Shown here one piece after another: positions 60,060 to 64,000 of a stretch of 64,000 nt of DNA. The notes beneath the pieces are model-generated. The model worked only from the letters and a program-made list of their open reading frames with translations, made no database searches and was not told the DNA's origin. Every line of letters starts with the position of its first letter. Within the stretch, counting starts at the first letter, position 1. A program made the translations under genes and the position numbers. Source of the stretch: Utricularia gibba. Taxonomy: Eukaryota > Plantae > Magnoliophyta. Where the stretch lies: the NCBI GenBank assembly GCA_002189035.1, contig CM007992.1, forward strand, positions 1,984,001 to 2,048,000, written 5' to 3'.

Positions 60060-62559
60060 ACATGTGTCATAATGTCATATTTCAGATAAAAAAGGTATTG
60101 GGTTCGAGCATGGAATTGTTGGATTTGAGTTGTTGGGCTTTTTGTGTGTTTTCAATGATTGTGGCCCACTGTTGGGTAACCTAGGTATTGGGTATATATA
60201 AACCCTACTAGGAATGCGTGTCATTAGGTTTTCGGTCATTATTATTGTTCATGAGTCGTTTTTCATCCAAGGTGATCTCATAAGCATTACCTTTTTGTTA
60301 CTTCCCAAGACTCTATTTTTCTTGCAACAACATAGATAACTTTCTCCAGGGTATTGGTTTCAGAAAAACATATAATGATTACTCACTGTACGTTAAAGGA
60401 AAGAGAGATGATCGTTTATTTGTTAGCCTATATGTGGATGATCTAATGATTACTTCAGGTGATGAAAGGAAGATTGAAGAATTCAAAGCCCTTCTCAAAA
60501 ATGAATTCAAGATGACTGACCTTGGAATGATGTCCTACTATCTAGGCATGGAAATTCATCAACTGGCAGGTGTTGGAACATTCATATCTCAGAAGAATTA
60601 CTGTAATGAACTTCTTGAAATGTTTGGGTTCAAAGATGTCAATCCTTTAAAAACCCCTTTGGATTACAAACAGGTGATTCTATAGAATAATCAGGGAAGT
60701 AATGTGGATGCTACTACTTACAGAAGTATGATTGGAAGCCTCATTTATCTCCAGCATACAAGGCCTGACTTGTGTTTTTGTGTAAATGTTTTATCTCGCT
60801 TCCTCAACAAATCAACAACAACTCACATGGCAGTTGTGAAAAGAGCTTTTAGGTACATAAAATCTACTATTGATTTCGGATTGTTCTATCCCTATGAAGG
60901 TGAAAAACCAGTGTTGAAACTTAGAGCCTACTCAGATAGTGATTATGGTATGGCTGAAGATAGCAAGAGTACATCTGGTGCACTCTTCTTCTTAAATAAG
61001 AGTCCTATAGTCTGGTTTTCGAAGAAACAAAAGGTGGTAGCACAATCAACAGCTGAAGCAGAATACATCTCAGCAGCACATGCTTCGAACTATTGTGTTT
61101 GGTTGAGGCAGATGTTAAACGAACTTGGATTCTTACAAAAGGAAGCTACGCATCTGCTTATGGATAATCGAGCTGCAGTATTCATTGCCAAGGATCCAAC
61201 GAACTTCAGCAAAGCAAAGCGCATAAGAATCAGGTATCATGTCATTAGGAATTACATCAAGGAGAAGAAGATTAAAGTACAGTATGTTGAGAGTGGGAAT
61301 CAGCTTGCTGATGGGCTCACCAAGGGTTTGAACTGAGTTCAGTTTGAGTTAGCAAGGAAGAACATGAATCTCATGACTATGGAAGACTTTCTCAAGTTGG
61401 AAGATCTCGGTCCGGGGGGGGTGTTGGATAAAAAAAGGTGTTGGATTCGAGCATGGAAGTGTTGGGTTCGAGTTGCTGGCTGGGCTTTTGTGTGTTTTCA
61501 ATGATTGTGGCCCACTGTTGGGTAACCTAAGTATTGGGTATATATAAACCCTACTAGGAATGCGTGTCAACTAGGTTTTCGGTCATTCTTATTGTTCATA
61601 AGTCGTTTTTTCATCCAAGGTGATCTCATAAGCATTACTTTTTTGTTAATTCCCAATACTATCTTTCTTACATCAACAAAAAGAAGGTGTTCTTTTTTCT
61701 CTATGATAAACGAAAAATTATGCAATGTCGTTAATTTTGTAAATTTTTCTATCAAATAAAATTTGTAAACCTAATTCACATCAAATTATATGAAAAATAT
61801 GAGCATAGTGGACTAGGGTCGAATGCATGGAGCATGGTGCTTGTGATATGAAAGTCAATGCATGAAATCAGTGTCATATTGGTAAATTTGGTTTTAACTA
61901 GAACTAAGACAAACTTGCAATAAAATACAGTAAGGAAAAGTAACAAACTTCTGAACTCGGTTGATTTTAAGATGAAATGGGTAATGCCTTGGGCTCCTAG
62001 GGGATGTATGCTCATTACTAAATAGGCTCATACAAACCATAAATCAAACACTTAACACACTAAAATCTAGGTCTACTCGGACTCTTGTTTTTCCCCTAAT
62101 CTTTGGTCTACCTCTAATTAAGGTTGTTAAGATGGGGTTTCACTACTTCCTCCTCCTGAATCTATCCTGGTTTGTTAAGGCAGTGGCGTGATTTATGGTT
62201 GATAAAGTCTAAAGAATTATTAGCATATTTCTCCCCTATTCACCCAAGGCACCCTTTAAGTGTTTAGTCACTCATGCTTAAGGTAAATGAAAATAGAAAA
62301 GGAAGCATCATCTACATTGTATTCATCTCACGGTCGACTACCAAAAAGTAAACAATTATGTTCTTTTGATTCATGGAGACATTCAATTAGATTATCAGCA
62401 GAAACAATGAAGACATTCATTATGGTGATTCATGGAGACATTCAAACCTCCTACAATAGGCGGAAACAATTATGTTCTTTTGATTATTTATGATTTCAAC
62501 AGAAAAATGTGGATTTATCTCGAGAGGAATAAATCAGAAGTCTATGAAATCTTCAAAGG

Positions 62560-63240
62560 GCTTTTGGTCATAGTCGATAAAACAAATTAGATTATCACAA
62601 GGCACTTGAGATACAATAGTCATTCTTAATATGGTGAGATGTCTCCTAAATAAAATTAAATGCCTTGGGAATTTTGGAGTAATGCTACTGCTACATCAAG
62701 TGCATATTTTGAATCGCATCCTCTCATGAAATGCAGTGGCCAGTGGCACTGAAGGAGGCATGGAATGGAATTAAACCGTCAGCACATATGAGAGTTTTTT
62801 GATTGATTTCTTACATACATAGGCCCAATGATGAATGAATGTAAGTAGAAGATAAAGCGCGAAAATTGATGTGTAAAGTGGGAAGCTATGATCAAACCTC
62901 AAGACTCATCGCTTGTTTGTCAGTGGTTTCGCTTGTCATGCAATTTGGTTAAGGCATGCTCTTCATAATCTTGATGTGGAAAGTGCGAAGCCAAGAGTGA
63001 TTCATATTGATAATAAATCTACAATTACTCTTGCTCAAAATCTATAATTCTCTATGCTCATAGTAAGTATATTGGGACTCTTTTCCATTTCATTCTAGAT
63101 TGAATGAAAGATGGGAAGATTGACTTATGTTAAGAGTGAAGATCATATAGTAGATATTTTCACTAAGTCTTTGAAGATTGAGACTTTTTTTCGTTTAAGG
63201 AATTCAATTAGAGTTAGTAAACTTCTTGTTTTAGGGAGGC
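62560..63240 (+). pseudogene. heavily degraded remnant of an unrelated copia element (integrase end, RNase H end, PPT-like tract)
   Basis: WNGIKP…HMRVF, DNKSTI.LA, YVKSEDHIVDIFTKSL…FRLRNSI, followed by TTAGGGAGGC. Confidence 0.65.
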
Positions 63241-63648
63241 TATTGAAGATACAGAAGAAAGCTGCAATTGACTGGTCTAGAAGTTTAATAGTTAGATAAG
63301 AATTAGTATGGTTGAATAATACATCAATTTGAAATACTTGAAGTAGTTTGATTGTTTGAGATAAGGATTGCCTCTTATATATTATAAATAACTCTCTTCC
63401 AATCAGCGTATATGAATATAGAAAATACTTCCAAAAAGTGTGTATTTCTCCATTTAAATTTTGTTTTTTAAGATCGTAGCAGGGTGTCTTTTCCTCTATT
63501 TTAAATCCTCTTCCAATACTTCAACCTTCAGATTTTTACACATATATGACCATGTTGATGTCAAAGATAATTATTGTTTTCCCATCAACCAGGATCATTT
63601 AATCAAAAGGTTGTATACAATACATCACATGCCATGGTCTCTTGGAAG

Positions 63649-64000
63649 TGTTGGAGATCAGCCTCAATCCAAAGTTTGAAGGTGATTGGAAGCACTAATC
63701 TTGTGTCATAATGTTATATTTCAGATAAAAGGTGTTGAGTTCGAGCATGGAAGTGTTGAATTCGAGTTGTTGGGCTTTTTGTGTGTTTTCAATAATTGTG
63801 GCCCACTGTTGGGTAACCTAGGTATTGGGTATATATAAACCCTACTAGGAATGCGTGTCAATTAGGGTTTTGGTCATTCTTATTGTTCATGAGTCGTTTT
63901 TCATTCAAAGTGATCTCAGAAGCATTACCTTTTTGTTACTTCCCAAGACTCTCTTTTTCTTGCATCAACATGGTATCAGAGCAGTAAGGTTCTCAAACCT
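63649..64000 (+). mobile_element. start of another young copia: 5' LTR-B 63649-63970, PBS 63971-63982
   Basis: The LTR matches 30410-30731 by eye. TGGTATCAGAGC follows. The left flank GGAAG predicts the TSD. Confidence 0.95.

Larger units (their letters stand above)
55029..60332 (+). mobile_element. intact full-length Ty1/copia retrotransposon, LTR-A x2 (55029-55351, 60010-60332), TSD TAGAT
   Basis: One LTR mismatch (CGAGGAT vs CGAGCAT). PBS at 55352-55363, PPT before 60010, uninterrupted ORF. TAGAT at 55024-55028 and 60333-60337. Confidence 0.97.
50501..61678 (+). mobile_element. old subfamily-D copia (5' LTR 50501-50826, PBS 50827-50838, 3' LTR 61422-61678 with deletion) hosting a CRM solo LTR and the intact copia
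   Basis: Frameshifted gag/IN ORFs 50971-53497, 54249-55028 and 60338-61336. The RT rejoins across TSD TAGAT (NEHI|DNF). There is no flanking TSD. Confidence 0.88.

Noticed and set aside
61679-62550. Possible gypsy LTR fragment or small genes (ORFs 61776-62015, 62287-62493)
   Set aside because: No termini, PBS or protein motifs could be recognised, so it is left unassigned.
1933-63970. Recurrent ~322-bp units as a satellite or CRISPR-like array
   Set aside because: They have TG…CA ends, PBS/PPT neighbours and TSDs, so they are LTRs.

Overview
Eukaryotic (plant-type) repeat-only DNA. I see no host genes, RNA genes, CRISPR arrays or satellites. About three quarters of the window (roughly 47 kb by my junction map) is one small Ty1/copia LTR-retrotransposon family: ~5.3 kb, 322-326 bp TG...CA LTRs, tRNA-iMet PBS, single gag-pol ORF, Ale- or Ivana-like. 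It occurs as about 23 full or partial LTRs in at least four LTR subtypes (my labels A-D). Copies are nested into each other and into CRM-type centromeric chromoviruses (TGATG...CATCA LTRs), and one Tekay/Del-like gypsy internal fragment is also present. One copia copy (55029-60332) is structurally intact: open ORF, 5-bp TSD, LTRs differing at one base. Another (30410-35711) has identical LTRs and inserted antisense into a near-identical sister, creating a ~3.8-kb inverted repeat downstream of an LTR promoter. The region also contains a 6.8-kb tandem duplication with a mappable crossover, a 5.1-kb duplication, solo LTRs with TSDs and a fold-back LTR hairpin. The best overall reading is an inference: a (peri)centromeric retrotransposon array that is still being built by a self-targeting copia family. 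All alignments were done by eye.
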